A stretch of DNA of 63,060 nucleotides, filler included, from 5 parts of 5 records of this genome joined end to end with filler, not necessarily neighbours in it, one strand, 5' to 3'; positions 50,107 to 61,212 are shown, numbered from the whole stretch's first letter. The notes: generated from the sequence alone by a model not told the origin. Program-made: numbers and translations.

Positions 50107-50943
50107 ATGTCCAATACTCGTATCAAAATAGCTTTCCAAGGTGTCTTGGGGGCATATTCGCATCAAGCTTGTTTTGAAGCCTATCCTGAGGCACATGTTT
50201 TGCCATGTAATAGTTTTCAATCAGCAATTGAAGCAGTAAACTCAAAGCGAGCAGATTTGGCCATGTTGCCAGTAGAAAACTCCACATATGGACGTGTTGC
50301 GGACATTCACCAACTTCTTCCTAATTCGGGGCTGCATATAATTGGTGAACATTATGTAAGAGTACATATTAATCTACTTGCAATTAAAGGTAGTAAAATC
50401 AGCGATATTAAATCAGCGATGAGCCATACAGTTTTATTGGGGCAATGTCGAAATTTCCTTAACGAGCATTCTATAGAACCTATTACTGGAGTTGATACTG
50501 CAGGTTCTGCTGAAATTGTTTCTAATAACCAAAACCCAACTCAAGCGGCTTTAGCGTCTGAATTGGCAGGAAAAATATATGGTTTAGAAGCTATTGCTAG
50601 TCAAATTGAGGATGAATCTAACAACACAACACGCTTTTTAGTAATGTCGCAAGTTCCAAAAGCTGCAAAAATTGAGTTAGATAAAATTAAAACTTCTTTT
50701 GTATTTAGAGTGCGTAATATACCGGCAGCGCTTTATAAAGCTATGGGTGGGTTTGCTACAAACGGAATTAATATGGTTAAATTAGAGAGTTATATGGTTG
50801 ATGGATCTTTTACAGCTACTCAATTCTATGCCGATATTATTGGCCACCCTGATGAACCTGCAGTTAAGCGTGCAATGGAAGAATTATCACATTTTACATC
50901 ACACATTGAAATCTTAGGTGTCTATAAATTAGGTGAATATTAA
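50107..50943 (+). CDS. pheA: Prephenate dehydratase
   Basis: IAFQGVLGAYSH, PVENSTYG, NTTRF, ACT domain with KLES. Confidence 0.92.
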   Translation: MSNTRIKIAFQGVLGAYSHQACFEAYPEAHVLPCNSFQSAIEAVNSKRADLAMLPVENSTYGRVADIHQLLPNSGLHIIGEHYVRVHINLLAIKGSKISDIKSAMSHTVLLGQCRNFLNEHSIEPITGVDTAGSAEIVSNNQNPTQAALASELAGKIYGLEAIASQIEDESNNTTRFLVMSQVPKAAKIELDKIKTSFVFRVRNIPAALYKAMGGFATNGINMVKLESYMVDGSFTATQFYADIIGHPDEPAVKRAMEELSHFTSHIEILGVYKLGEY

Positions 50944-51909
50944 CTAATATTGATGGACTAAAATGCCTTTTACCCAATTTTGGATAAGAAATTCTGCAAT
51001 AGTCCCTTGTCGAGCTGGAGTTATGCCAACATCAAAGCCAGCATAAGCTTTTAGTAATGTATCTTTACTAAACCATTGTGCATCTTCTAATTCTAGTGGG
51101 TCAATTGTAATTTTTTTTGAGATTGCTTTTGCTATACAGCCTATCATCAATGATGATGGGAATGCCCACGGTTGAGAAGTTACATAGCTCACCTGTGTAA
51201 TTTCAATATTAGTTTCTTCTTTTACTTCACGGGATACGGCAGATTCTAAGGTTTCACCTGGCTCAATAAATCCTGCTAAACAAGAATACATCTTATCAGG
51301 CCATTGTGGTGAACGGCCTAGCAGGACGTTATCTCCTTCAGTAATTAACATTATGACAACCGGGTCAGTTCTTGGATAATGTTGGGTATTACATTTTGTG
51401 CAATCGCGTTGCCATCCTGCCAATGTAGAGATAGACTTATTTCCACATTTTGAGCAAAAGTTATTACTGTTGTGCCATGAAAATAATGCTTTTGCTGTTG
51501 AGGCTAAACTGGCTTCCAATTTGGTTAACTGTGTCATCATTAATCTTAAATCGCTGAAAGATTGATAAAGCTCTAAATCAGGATGATTTTGTTGTGTTTC
51601 ATCTAAAAAATTGGATTTTAAAATGTCATTTGATTCTTTGGGATCCCAATTTGAAATATCATGTGCATAATAATCTATTTCATCAATTTGGCCTAAAAAA
51701 ATTGGTGAAATACCTGAAATATTAATTATTGGATGAATTGAAGGTAAATAAACAATATTAAAATTATTATGGTCGATTAAGATTTTTCCACGCCAAATTA
51801 CAAGGTTTTTTGCATTTGATTCAATTTTTGAAACAGCTTTTTTTGACCGTAAATGAGCAGCTCTATCAAATTGGGCTCCACTAAAACTTAATTCTGCTAA
51901 ATTTAACAT
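50944..51909 (-). CDS. nudC: NAD(H) diphosphatase
   Basis: FCSKCG zinc finger, YPRTDP, AGFIEPGETLESAVSREVKEET Nudix box, SQPWAFPSSLM. Confidence 0.93.
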   Translation of the reverse strand: MLNLAELSFSGAQFDRAAHLRSKKAVSKIESNAKNLVIWRGKILIDHNNFNIVYLPSIHPIINISGISPIFLGQIDEIDYYAHDISNWDPKESNDILKSNFLDETQQNHPDLELYQSFSDLRLMMTQLTKLEASLASTAKALFSWHNSNNFCSKCGNKSISTLAGWQRDCTKCNTQHYPRTDPVVIMLITEGDNVLLGRSPQWPDKMYSCLAGFIEPGETLESAVSREVKEETNIEITQVSYVTSQPWAFPSSLMIGCIAKAISKKITIDPLELEDAQWFSKDTLLKAYAGFDVGITPARQGTIAEFLIQNWVKGILVHQY

Positions 51910-51971
51910 AGTTTCCCTTTGTGTGCTCTCAGCTCTTGAAGCTGCTTATATAACGCTTTATATCCATCGTC

Positions 51972-52065
51972 GAGAGGTTGGCGCGGGCAAGCGCCTCGCC
52001 AACCCGGTCAGGTCCGGAAGGAAGCAGCCGCAACGAGCCCCGTTTGGGTCGCTGTCCAGCCTCTC
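51972..52065 (+). ncRNA. ffs: Signal recognition particle RNA (4.5S)
   Basis: Conserved CAGGTCCGGAAGGAAGCAGC domain IV; terminal GAGAGG/CCTCTC pairing; TTGAAG-17-TATATC promoter; located just upstream of dnaX. Confidence 0.95.
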
Positions 52066-52203
52066 ACCCTTTACTTAAGTTTGAATATTTTTAGTAAATA
52101 TGGTAAAAAAATTTACAAATTATGAGTTTGTTTACAATCAGAGACTTGCCGATGTGTGTTGCAAGCTTTACGTTGATATAAGTATTATAAAGCTGTGGAG
52201 CCA

Positions 52204-53988
52204 ATGAGCGAGATTTCAGAAATCCAAAAAACATCATATCAAGTTTTAGCACGAAAATACCGCCCAGAAACTTTTTCTGATATGGTTGGGCAAGACGCAA
52301 TGGTGCGTACATTAAAAAATGCTTTTGATGCTGATAGAATAGCTCATGCATTTGTAATGACGGGTATTCGTGGAACTGGAAAAACAACCACAGCTAGAAT
52401 TATTGCTAAAGGAATGAACTGTATTGGGATTGATGGACAAGGTGGTCCAACAACAGAACCATGCGGAAAATGCGAACACTGCGTTTCAATCATTCAAGGT
52501 AGACATGTAGATGTTATGGAAATGGACGCAGCAAGTAGAACTGGCGTTGGTGATATCCGCGAAATCATTGATAGTGTGCATTATTCAGCCGCATCTGCTC
52601 GATATAAAATATATATAATTGACGAAGTTCATATGTTATCAACCAGTGCCTTTAATGCTTTATTAAAGACACTAGAAGAGCCACCTGCTCATGTGAAATT
52701 TATTTTTGCTACTACCGAGATTCGCAAGATTCCTGTAACTGTTTTGTCTCGCTGTCAAAGGTTTGATCTTCGACGTATTGAGCCAGATGATATGATGGAT
52801 TTATTAAAACGAATTGCTTCTGCCGAAAATGCTAAGATTTCACAAGACGCAATTGCTTTAATTACTCGCGGTAGTGAAGGTTCTGCTAGAGATGCAATTT
52901 CATTGTTAGATCAAGCTATCGCTCACGGCGCTGGAGAAACCAATGCTGAACAAGTAAGGGCAATGCTTGGGCTTGCTGACCGTGGTCGAGTTTTAGATTT
53001 ATTTGATATGATAATGCGTGGGCAAGCTGATAAAGCCTTACAAGAGTTATCTGGTCAATATGCTGATGGAGCTGATCCCTTAGCTATATTACGTGATTTA
53101 GCTGAAATTACTCATTGGATTTCAGTAATTAAAATTTCACCACAGACTGTAGATGACCCAACCGTATCTCCAGATGAACGAGAGCGTGGAAAAGCAGCAG
53201 CTTCTGATTTGCCAATGAGAGCAATGACACGCATGTGGCAAATGTTATTAAAAGCAATAGAGGAAGTTTCATCAGCACCTAATGCAATGATGGCGGCCGA
53301 AATGGCTATTATTCGGTTAACCCATGTAGCTGACCTTCCAAGTCCAGAAGAATTAATTAAAAAGATACAAAATGATCCTAATCCGCCTAGTCCAATTGGG
53401 AATAATACATCGATAGATGCAAATAATTCACCAAACATAGCCCCAAAACAACAAAATATAATAGCGCCATCTAATTTATCTGGGGCTAAATCATATAAAG
53501 AGGGATCTGTAACTATTGCTATTCCCCAATCTCAAGTTGAAGATCCTTTATCAAAATATACTCAATTTAATCAAGTTCTAGAATTAATTCGGACACACCG
53601 AGATATGAAACTTCTTTATGATGTTGAAACATATGTCCGCATAGTAAAGTATTTCCCTGGTAGGCTGGAGTTTGAGCCAACAAATGATTCACCAAAAGAT
53701 TTAGCACAAAGATTAGGGAAAAAGTTACAAGAGTGGACACACTCACGTTGGGCAATAACTTTGGTCAATGAGGGCGGTGGAGCAACTATTGCAGAGCAAA
53801 AGTTGGAAGCTCGTGATGATTTGCATGCAAAAGTTTCAACTCACCCATTAGTTAAAGCAACACTATTAGCATTTCCAAATTCTGAAATTAGAAATGTTAG
53901 GTCTTTAAATGATATGAATATGGGTGATCAAATATTGCAAGAAGTCCCAGAAGAGGACGATAATTGGGATCCGTTTGAGGATAATTAA
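52204..53988 (+). CDS. dnaX: DNA polymerase III subunit gamma/tau
   Basis: YQVLARKYRP, GIRGTGKTT, IIDEVHMLS, SRCQRF. ATG 52204 follows GGAG. Confidence 0.96.
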   Translation: MSEISEIQKTSYQVLARKYRPETFSDMVGQDAMVRTLKNAFDADRIAHAFVMTGIRGTGKTTTARIIAKGMNCIGIDGQGGPTTEPCGKCEHCVSIIQGRHVDVMEMDAASRTGVGDIREIIDSVHYSAASARYKIYIIDEVHMLSTSAFNALLKTLEEPPAHVKFIFATTEIRKIPVTVLSRCQRFDLRRIEPDDMMDLLKRIASAENAKISQDAIALITRGSEGSARDAISLLDQAIAHGAGETNAEQVRAMLGLADRGRVLDLFDMIMRGQADKALQELSGQYADGADPLAILRDLAEITHWISVIKISPQTVDDPTVSPDERERGKAAASDLPMRAMTRMWQMLLKAIEEVSSAPNAMMAAEMAIIRLTHVADLPSPEELIKKIQNDPNPPSPIGNNTSIDANNSPNIAPKQQNIIAPSNLSGAKSYKEGSVTIAIPQSQVEDPLSKYTQFNQVLELIRTHRDMKLLYDVETYVRIVKYFPGRLEFEPTNDSPKDLAQRLGKKLQEWTHSRWAITLVNEGGGATIAEQKLEARDDLHAKVSTHPLVKATLLAFPNSEIRNVRSLNDMNMGDQILQEVPEEDDNWDPFEDN

Positions 53989-54000
53989 AGGAGAGCATAA

Positions 54001-54345
54001 ATGCTAAAAGGTTTAGGTGGTCTAGGAGACATGGCTGGGATGATGGCCAAGGCAAAGGAAATGCAATCAAAAGTTGAAGAGGCTCAAACAAGAGTTTCTG
54101 AAATTGAAGTGGATGGTGAATCCGGGGCAGGGCTTGTGACATGTAGAGTTAATGGAAAAGGTGAAGTTAAAGCATTAAGTATTGATAAATCAATTTTTGT
54201 GCCAAATGACAAAGAGATTGTTGAAGATTTAATATTAGCTGCTTTAAAAGATGGAAAAGATAAAGCTGATTTAAAAGCTAAAGCTGAAATGGGGAAAATA
54301 ACTGAAGGTTTGAATTTACCTGCAGGTATGAAGTTACCATTTTAA
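54001..54345 (+). CDS. ybaB: YbaB/EbfC nucleoid-associated protein
   Basis: GESGAGLV, EDLILAA, GMKLPF; between dnaX and recR. Confidence 0.92.
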   Translation: MLKGLGGLGDMAGMMAKAKEMQSKVEEAQTRVSEIEVDGESGAGLVTCRVNGKGEVKALSIDKSIFVPNDKEIVEDLILAALKDGKDKADLKAKAEMGKITEGLNLPAGMKLPF

Positions 54346-54942
54346 ATGTCTAATAATCAGGATATTGATGTATTAATCGCCTTAATGGGTAAATTGCCTG
54401 GTTTAGGGCCTAGATCTGCACGACGGGCTGTGCTCCACCTTATCAAAAAACGAGATATTCTGCTATCACCATTATCTGATGCATTATATAATGTTGCTAA
54501 AACTGCCAGAGAGTGCCTGAATTGTGGAAACATCGATACAAAAGAAATTTGTGAAATTTGTTTGAATTCCAAGCGCGGAAATGGACAAATATGTATAGTT
54601 GAGGATGTATCTGATTTATGGGCAATGGAGCGATCAAATGTTTTCAAAGGGCGTTACCATGTTTTGGGAGGTAACTTGTCAGCATTAGATGGTATCGGTC
54701 CTGATGAATTACGTATTCCTCATTTAGTAAAGCGTGTTAAAGGTGAAGATATATCTGAAATAATATTAGCTTTAAACGCAACTGTAGATGGTCAAACAAC
54801 TGCGCATTATATTGCTGATCAACTAGATGAAATGGAAGTAATGGTCACATCATTAGCTCAAGGTGTTCCAATTGGTGGTGAGCTGGATTATTTAGATGAT
54901 GGAACAATTTCGGCTGCGTTAAATGCAAGAAAATCAGTTTAA
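54346..54942 (+). CDS. recR: Recombination mediator RecR
   Basis: [12 protein letters not shown]4 zinc finger, [18 protein letters not shown]. Confidence 0.96.
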   Translation: MSNNQDIDVLIALMGKLPGLGPRSARRAVLHLIKKRDILLSPLSDALYNVAKTARECLNCGNIDTKEICEICLNSKRGNGQICIVEDVSDLWAMERSNVFKGRYHVLGGNLSALDGIGPDELRIPHLVKRVKGEDISEIILALNATVDGQTTAHYIADQLDEMEVMVTSLAQGVPIGGELDYLDDGTISAALNARKSV

Positions 54943-55820
54943 TTTTTCGCTAACCTTTCTCGATTAGTAATATATATTGTAGCAGCAATTATAATTGCTG
55001 CACCAATGTATGTAGAGACGGCAGGTGTTTCATTAAAAAACAAATAAGCCATTAAGCCAATTAAAACCACACGAATATATGATATTGGAGCAATTACTGC
55101 GGCTTGCGCGTAACGATATGCTTGTATGTCTGAATATTGACGAAGTATTCCAAACAGGATCAAAATCAATGTCCAGAGTATTATCGTTATATCTGTTGTT
55201 ACTTCAAATACTGGTGCGGCTAATGGAAGTGTAATAACCAGACCAATTACACTTGTAGAAATTAATGTACTTAAAGGACCATCTGTTCGAGCTAGGTTGC
55301 GAGACATAACTAATGAAAATCCAAAAAATATTGAAGAGCCTATCCCATAAATCATATTAGTATCAATTATTTCAGACGAAGGTCGCATAACTATAATAGT
55401 TCCTATAAACCCAACTAAGATCGCTAAAGTTCGCCGAAAACCAATTGTTTCCCTGCCCAAAAGCACACTTATGATAGTTGCAAAGATTGGTGCAGTTGCA
55501 AATAGAATTGCAGCAGCAGCAAGCGGGACAATTGATAGTGTATAAAAGCCTAAATGTATCGAAAATGCCATTAATATCCCACGAACTAAGTGAGCACGTG
55601 GTTGGTTGAATCGTATTTCAGACCTTAGTCTAGGAACTATCAAAATTAGTAGTCCAATAAATATTAAAGTAAAAAATAAACGGTAACCAACAATAAGTTT
55701 TGTATCTAATCCTAAAGAAGCACCTCGAACTGACACTGCCATTGCAGATGCACCTAATACAGACAGCATTGCCCATAATATGCCACGCCAATTTTCAGTT
55801 TCTTGATTGTTTTCTGGCAC
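54939..55820 (-). CDS. DMT/EamA family transporter
   Basis: About 10 TM in two repeats; [26 protein letters not shown]. Confidence 0.85.
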   Translation of the reverse strand: MPENNQETENWRGILWAMLSVLGASAMAVSVRGASLGLDTKLIVGYRLFFTLIFIGLLILIVPRLRSEIRFNQPRAHLVRGILMAFSIHLGFYTLSIVPLAAAAILFATAPIFATIISVLLGRETIGFRRTLAILVGFIGTIIVMRPSSEIIDTNMIYGIGSSIFFGFSLVMSRNLARTDGPLSTLISTSVIGLVITLPLAAPVFEVTTDITIILWTLILILFGILRQYSDIQAYRYAQAAVIAPISYIRVVLIGLMAYLFFNETPAVSTYIGAAIIIAATIYITNRERLAKN

Positions 55821-55839
55821 GGCAAATCCTTTTATAAAA

Positions 55840-56699
55840 TTATTCTCTTACCGCTTTAATCATCTTTGTTACATTATCGGGGTTTGCATCGGGAGTTATT
55901 CCATGGCCAAGATTAAATATATGTGGTCCATTAGATAAAGTTTTTACTATTCTTTTTGTTTCTTTTGTTAGTGCGTGCCCTCCAGATATTAATAATCTCT
56001 GGTCCAAGTTACCTTGCACACAAGTGATTTTTTGCAAATAATCAGCTGCCCATTGTGTATCAACAGAACTATCTATAGCAACGCAATCAACTGCAGTCAT
56101 ATTGGTATAATTTATGTATCCAGCATTATTTGCACCACGAGGAAATCCAATTATTTTTATATTTGGATAAATTTTTCGTAATTCGCTTACGATTAATTTA
56201 GTAGGTTCAATGCAATATTGATCAAATAACTTACCCTTTAAAGATCCAGCCCAACTATCAAATATTTTGATAACTTCTGCGCCAGCATCTATTTGTTTTG
56301 ATAGATAATGTATTGTGGCATAAGTTATTTTGCTCATTAATAAATCAAATACTTTTTGATTAGATTTAATCAAATCCAATGCTGGCTTTTGATCTGGTGT
56401 TCCACGACCTGCAATCATGTAAGTGGCCACGGTCCAAGGTGCTCCTGCAAAACCTATTAATGTAGTTTTATCAGGTAAGTTTGATGATAAATTTTTCACA
56501 GTTTTGTAAATTGGAGAAAGAATATCATCAATATTTTCAACATCTCCAAGCATATCAAAGTCATTTTGATTTGTTATAGTAGATAATCTTGGGCCTTCAC
56601 CAGTCACAAACCACAATTTGGCTCCTAGGGCTTGTGGTATGAGTAAGATGTCAGCAAACAATATAGCTGCATCAAAATCATATCTACGAATGGGCTGCA
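55840..56699 (-). CDS. hemE: Uroporphyrinogen decarboxylase, 5'-truncated
   Basis: Frame open to contig edge: [51 protein letters not shown]. Confidence 0.95.
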
Positions 56700-56799
56700 N
56701 NNNNNNNNNNNNNNNNNNNNNNNNNNNNNNNNNNNNNNNNNNNTTAATTAATTAANNNNNNNNNNNNNNNNNNNNNNNNNNNNNNNNNNNNNNNNNNNN
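56700..56799. other. Artificial contig spacer
   Basis: N-run with central TTAATTAATTAA. Confidence 0.98.
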
Positions 56800-57673
56800 C
56801 CCACCTGGTAAAAAAACTAAATCTGATTTTTTTGGAGCTTCGTTTTTTAATGGAGAAAAAAAAGAAATTTCAACGCCTATTCTACGCCATTCTTTTAAAA
56901 TATGCGGGTATGTAAAAGAAAAAAGCAGCATCATTGGCAATAGAAATTGATTGTGATGGAGGTTGTAAAAATAAATTTGTTTTTTGTTTTGCCTTTTGTA
57001 CAGGCTTCATCAATTTTAATATCTTTTTAATATCGATTGAATTAGTAACTATATCTGCAGCATTGTTTAAAAATGCATCTAAATTTTCCAACTCTTGAGC
57101 TTGAACCAATCCAAGGTGTCTAGATGGTAAGGATAACTCTTGATGCCGATATATCGAACCAAGAATAGGAATTCCTAATGGCTTTAAAGCGTTTGTAAGT
57201 ATTCTTTTATGCTTATCACTCCCAACTTTATTTAATATTATACCTGATATTTTAATATTAGGATCAAGCTTTTGAAATCCTAAAGTTAATGCTGCAACTG
57301 ATTGGGCTTGTGATGAAGTATCAAGAATTAATATAATTGGCAGGTTTAATATAGTCGCTAGATGTGCGGTAGAACCTTTGCCGTTAGGAGGTGCACCGTC
57401 AAACAATCCCATTGCGCCCTCTACAATAATTTGGGTTGCTTCATTAGCAAGTTTACATATCTGATCAGGATGCATAGCCCATGCATCCAAATTATAACAT
57501 TCTGAACCAGATGCTTCAGCATGAAATCGTGTATCAATATAATCTGGCCCACTTTTTGCAGACTTTATTTGCAATCCTTCTCGCTTAAGTGCTCTCAATA
57601 ATGCGAGTGTAATTGTTGTTTTCCCACAGCCAGAGCTTGGAGCAGATAAAATGATCCCTGATGGGTTATTCAT
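56800..57673 (-). CDS. cobB: Cobyrinate a,c-diamide synthase, frameshifted near 56920 and 3'-truncated
   Basis: SAPSSGCGKTT, KSGPDYID, EGAMGLFDG, LPSRHLGLVQ. Conserved FxYPH..WR..FFSPL..LPGG continues in another frame after a T6 run. Confidence 0.88.
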
Positions 57674-58524
57674 GAGGCTTCAGCAGGGCGACCTCTGTTG
57701 AGAGGATCCGTGTTGCGAGGTGAATTTCCAGAAATCATACTCTGCCAGTCTAATGCTTGGCGCATGAGTACTGATTTACCAACACATATAATGGCTGGTG
57801 GTGACATCCCAGCTTTTTCCAAGTCAACTTTTATTGAACCTAGAGTAGTTTCTAATACTTGCTGATTGTCTGTAGTGGCATTGGTCACAACTGCAACTGG
57901 TTCACTAATAGACCTACCTGCTTTTATTAACTCAGATGTTATTCTACTTATATGCTTAATTCCCATATATATTACTAATACTTGTGAGCCATCGGAGATG
58001 GCTTTCCAGTTGAGTGATGATGGGCTTTCACCGCTCTGGTCATGACCTGTTACAAAAGTTACAGACTGATTAACGTCTCGATGTGTAACAGGTATTCCTG
58101 CATATGCTAACCCTCCAATACCCGCTGATATTCCAGGAATAATACGAATGGGTATTTGATGTTGGACTAATGTTTGAGCTTCTTCACCACCTCTACCAAA
58201 AACAAAAGGGTCACCGCCTTTCAATCGTAAAACTTTTTTTCCTTTTTTTGCCAATTCAACCAAATGGAGTGAAATATCACGCTGTTTAGCGGATGGTTTC
58301 CCACCTCTTTTACCTGCATAAATCAATTCAGCAGATGAATTAGCCCATTCTAAGATGTCAGGTCCAACTAATGCATCATATACAATAACATCTGCTTGGC
58401 GAAGAGCGTTCAAAGCATGCAGTGTTAGTAAACCTGCATCTCCAGGGCCTGCTCCACAAAGCCACACCCAGCCAGGCTGTAAAATTGGCCAATTGTGCTT
58501 AGGAAGGGGAATCGTATTTAACAT
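57670..58524 (-). CDS. cobA: Uroporphyrinogen-III C-methyltransferase
   Basis: GAGPGDAGLLT, VYDALV, GKRGGKPS, RLKGGDPFVFGRGGEE, VTFVTGH. Start placed at ATG 58524. Confidence 0.93.
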   Translation of the reverse strand: MLNTIPLPKHNWPILQPGWVWLCGAGPGDAGLLTLHALNALRQADVIVYDALVGPDILEWANSSAELIYAGKRGGKPSAKQRDISLHLVELAKKGKKVLRLKGGDPFVFGRGGEEAQTLVQHQIPIRIIPGISAGIGGLAYAGIPVTHRDVNQSVTFVTGHDQSGESPSSLNWKAISDGSQVLVIYMGIKHISRITSELIKAGRSISEPVAVVTNATTDNQQVLETTLGSIKVDLEKAGMSPPAIICVGKSVLMRQALDWQSMISGNSPRNTDPLNRGRPAEAS

Positions 58525-58644
58525 ATCTTGAATATGAAGTAATGAGTAAGCAAAGGCGAGAGAAACCACGACATTATTTAAGAGTTTTTCGGCATAATAG
58601 ATAAGAACTGGCGTCGGTGTAAAAGATTTATATAATATAATTTG

Positions 58645-59688
58645 ATGACAAGAAAACCTAACACAGATCTGCGACGTGGTTGGACCACGGGAGCATGTGC
58701 AACTGCTGCTACAAAAGCAGCATTAGATGCTTTATGGGGTAATGGCTTCAAAAAAGATGTTACTATTACATTACCCAGAGGTGAGAAACCAATATTTCCA
58801 CTGGCACATACTGATAGTGGGCTTGGGTGGGCAGAGGTTGGAATTACAAAAGATGCAGGTGATGATCCAGATGTGACACACGGTGCGCTTATCATTGTAA
58901 GAGTTCTCGAAAATAGTTCTGGAATTATTTTTAAGGCTGGTGATGGAGTGGGCACGGTTACAAAAGCAGGATTGCCAATAGGGATAGGTGAACCCGCTAT
59001 AAATCCTATTCCAAGACAAATGATGACAGAGGTGGTTAATGATCAGGCATCTTTTTATGGATATAAACCATTCTTAGATATAATTATTTCAATCCCAAAT
59101 GGTGAAGAGATTACTTTGAATACTTGGAATGGTCGACTTGGCATAGTTGGTGGATTATCAATTTTGGGAACAACAGGTATAGTTAGGCCATTTAGTTGTG
59201 CGGCTTGGATTGCTTCTATTCATAGAGGTATAGATGTGGCTCGTGCTAACAACTTGGAGCATGTGGCTGGATGCACTGGTGCTACATCAGAGAAAGTAGT
59301 TCAAGAGCTATATGGATTATCTGACCATGCAATGCTTGATATGGGCGATTTTTCAGGTGGATTATTAAAATATATTGCAAAAAAACCAGTGCCCAAAATT
59401 ACAATTGGTGGTGGAATTGGTAAAATGGTTAAACTTGCCCAAGGAGCAGTTGATTTACACTCATCGCGCTCGCAAGTTGATTTTAACAAATTAAATGACT
59501 GGTGCAGTATTGATGTATCAGATGCGAATACAGCGCTAGAGGCTGTTGAAAGGGCAGGAAGTGAACTGGCACATAGAGTTGCATATGAAGCACGTTTGCG
59601 CATTATAGACGCTTTGAAAGGGGCTAATACTGATGTTGATACTGTTGTTATCAATAGAGCAGGAATTATATTAGGCCGCGCCAAATGA
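58645..59688 (+). CDS. cbiD: Cobalt-precorrin-5B C1-methyltransferase
   Basis: LRRGWTTGACATAA, KDAGDDPDVTHG, GEPAINP.PR, GGLSILGTTGIVRPFS, DLHS.RS. Confidence 0.95.
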   Translation: MTRKPNTDLRRGWTTGACATAATKAALDALWGNGFKKDVTITLPRGEKPIFPLAHTDSGLGWAEVGITKDAGDDPDVTHGALIIVRVLENSSGIIFKAGDGVGTVTKAGLPIGIGEPAINPIPRQMMTEVVNDQASFYGYKPFLDIIISIPNGEEITLNTWNGRLGIVGGLSILGTTGIVRPFSCAAWIASIHRGIDVARANNLEHVAGCTGATSEKVVQELYGLSDHAMLDMGDFSGGLLKYIAKKPVPKITIGGGIGKMVKLAQGAVDLHSSRSQVDFNKLNDWCSIDVSDANTALEAVERAGSELAHRVAYEARLRIIDALKGANTDVDTVVINRAGIILGRAK

Positions 59689-60419
59689 CAGGGTTGATTT
59701 TAGCAGGATCCCATGAAGCAAGAAGTATATGTGATATATTAAATTTGGCAAAAATTCCAGCAATTGCATCTCTTGCAGGTGTTACAAAAAAACCATTAAA
59801 TCTTTCTCTTAAAACTCATTTTGGTGGATTTGGTGGGGTAGATGGATTTAAAAATTTTATTCAAAACGAAAGGATTGAGTGGGTTATCAATGCAACGCAT
59901 CCTTTTGCTAGTACAATGAGAAATACATCAACTAAGATATGTAAAGAATTGAAAATAAATCATTTATTAATAAATAGGCCTGAGTGGCATCCAGAGGAAA
60001 CTGATGATTGGCATTATATCAATGATCTCAAAGAATTAAATAATATTATTCCTTGTGAAACAAATGTATTTGTTGGCACAGGGCGAAATACTTTAAACCA
60101 ATTTTATAACATGTCTGGAAGAAATCTTTTATGCCGTGTGATAGATATCCCAGATACTAAATTTCCATTTGAATTCGGTAAATATTTAATTGGAAAGCCT
60201 CCTTTTTCAGTTCAAGAAGAAGTATCATTGTTCAATAAGCACAAAATTGACTGGTTGGTTGTAAAAAATTCAGGAGGGTCAGGTGGGTTTTCTAAAATAT
60301 TAGCCGCAAGAAACCTAAATATACCTGTAGTATTACTAAACCGACCAAAATTACCATTAACAACTAATTCAGCTGAAAATGTCGAAGAAGCAATGAAGTG
60401 GTTGAATAATATAATTTGA
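59685..60419 (+). CDS. cobK: (Cobalt-)precorrin-6A reductase
   Basis: GGFGG, ATHPFA, RPEW, KNSGG, AAR.LNIPV. Confidence 0.9.
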   Translation: MTGLILAGSHEARSICDILNLAKIPAIASLAGVTKKPLNLSLKTHFGGFGGVDGFKNFIQNERIEWVINATHPFASTMRNTSTKICKELKINHLLINRPEWHPEETDDWHYINDLKELNNIIPCETNVFVGTGRNTLNQFYNMSGRNLLCRVIDIPDTKFPFEFGKYLIGKPPFSVQEEVSLFNKHKIDWLVVKNSGGSGGFSKILAARNLNIPVVLLNRPKLPLTTNSAENVEEAMKWLNNII

Positions 60420-60503
60420 TATTATTATTGTTTTAAATCAGTAAGTTGATATGATTATATCATAATCTTTTAAAAATATATTACCATTAATAGGAATTAA
60501 TTA

Positions 60504-61154
60504 ATGCCATTAAAAAATCACGTAGTTCAAGCTTTATCGGGTAAATCTGATAGTTTGGTTGTCTTCTTACATGGTTATGGAGCCGATGGTGCTGATTTGT
60601 TGAATTTGGCTGACTCATTGAAAATTCATTTGCCAAATACGATTTTCATGTCACCGGACGCACCTAATAAAAGCACTATGAATCCTTTTGGATATGAATG
60701 GTTTCCAATACCAAGATTGGACGGATCATCACTGGAAAATGCTAAAAAAGGGCGTGATGAAGCAACAAAAGAATTAAATCTTTTTTTAAATGAAATAAAA
60801 GAAAATACTGGAATACCATTTGAACGAATTTTTTTATTTGGGTTTTCTCAAGGTTGTATGATGAGTTTGCACCTTGCACCAAGAAAGAATGAAAAAATTG
60901 CTGGCGTTATTGGTATAGCGGGTATGCTGATGCAACCAGAATTATTGGAGAAAGAGGCCGTGCAAAAACCACCAATTCTACTTGTCCATGGTGATGAGGA
61001 TGATGTTGTTCCATATGAGGAATTAAATATTGCGGCGGATACATTAGTAAAAGCTAATTTTGAAGTATATACGCTTACATCTAAAGGAGCAGGGCATAGT
61101 ATAACAGAAGATGGCTTACGTGCGGCTCTTCAGTTTATAAAAAATATTTTATAA
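60504..61154 (+). CDS. Phospholipase/carboxylesterase (alpha/beta hydrolase)
   Basis: LHGYGADG, GFSQG, HGDEDDVVP, GHSI. Confidence 0.88.
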   Translation: MPLKNHVVQALSGKSDSLVVFLHGYGADGADLLNLADSLKIHLPNTIFMSPDAPNKSTMNPFGYEWFPIPRLDGSSLENAKKGRDEATKELNLFLNEIKENTGIPFERIFLFGFSQGCMMSLHLAPRKNEKIAGVIGIAGMLMQPELLEKEAVQKPPILLVHGDEDDVVPYEELNIAADTLVKANFEVYTLTSKGAGHSITEDGLRAALQFIKNIL

Positions 61155-61165
61155 ATGCTGTAAAA

Positions 61166-61212
61166 AAACACTATATAGGGGGTTGAAGGTTTTATATGCG
61201 TATATATAGTAT
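61166..61212. promoter_or_regulatory. Tandem NrdR-box-like sites overlapping a sigma70-like promoter
   Basis: aaaCACTATATAGggg (61166-61181) and tgcgTATATATAGtat (61197-61212), 31 bp apart; TTGAAG (61183) and TATAGT (61205). Confidence 0.45.

Noticed and set aside
49987..50220. Long N-terminal extension of cytochrome c in the ORF track
   Set aside because: It overlaps divergent pheA; the RBS and family N-terminus support ATG 49986.
53358..53364. dnaX programmed -1 frameshift site
   Set aside because: The sequence is T AAA AAG, not the A AAA AAG heptamer, and no clear stimulatory hairpin is evident.
56752..56940. Separate 62-aa ORF
   Set aside because: It is the shifted-frame continuation of cobB running into the spacer.
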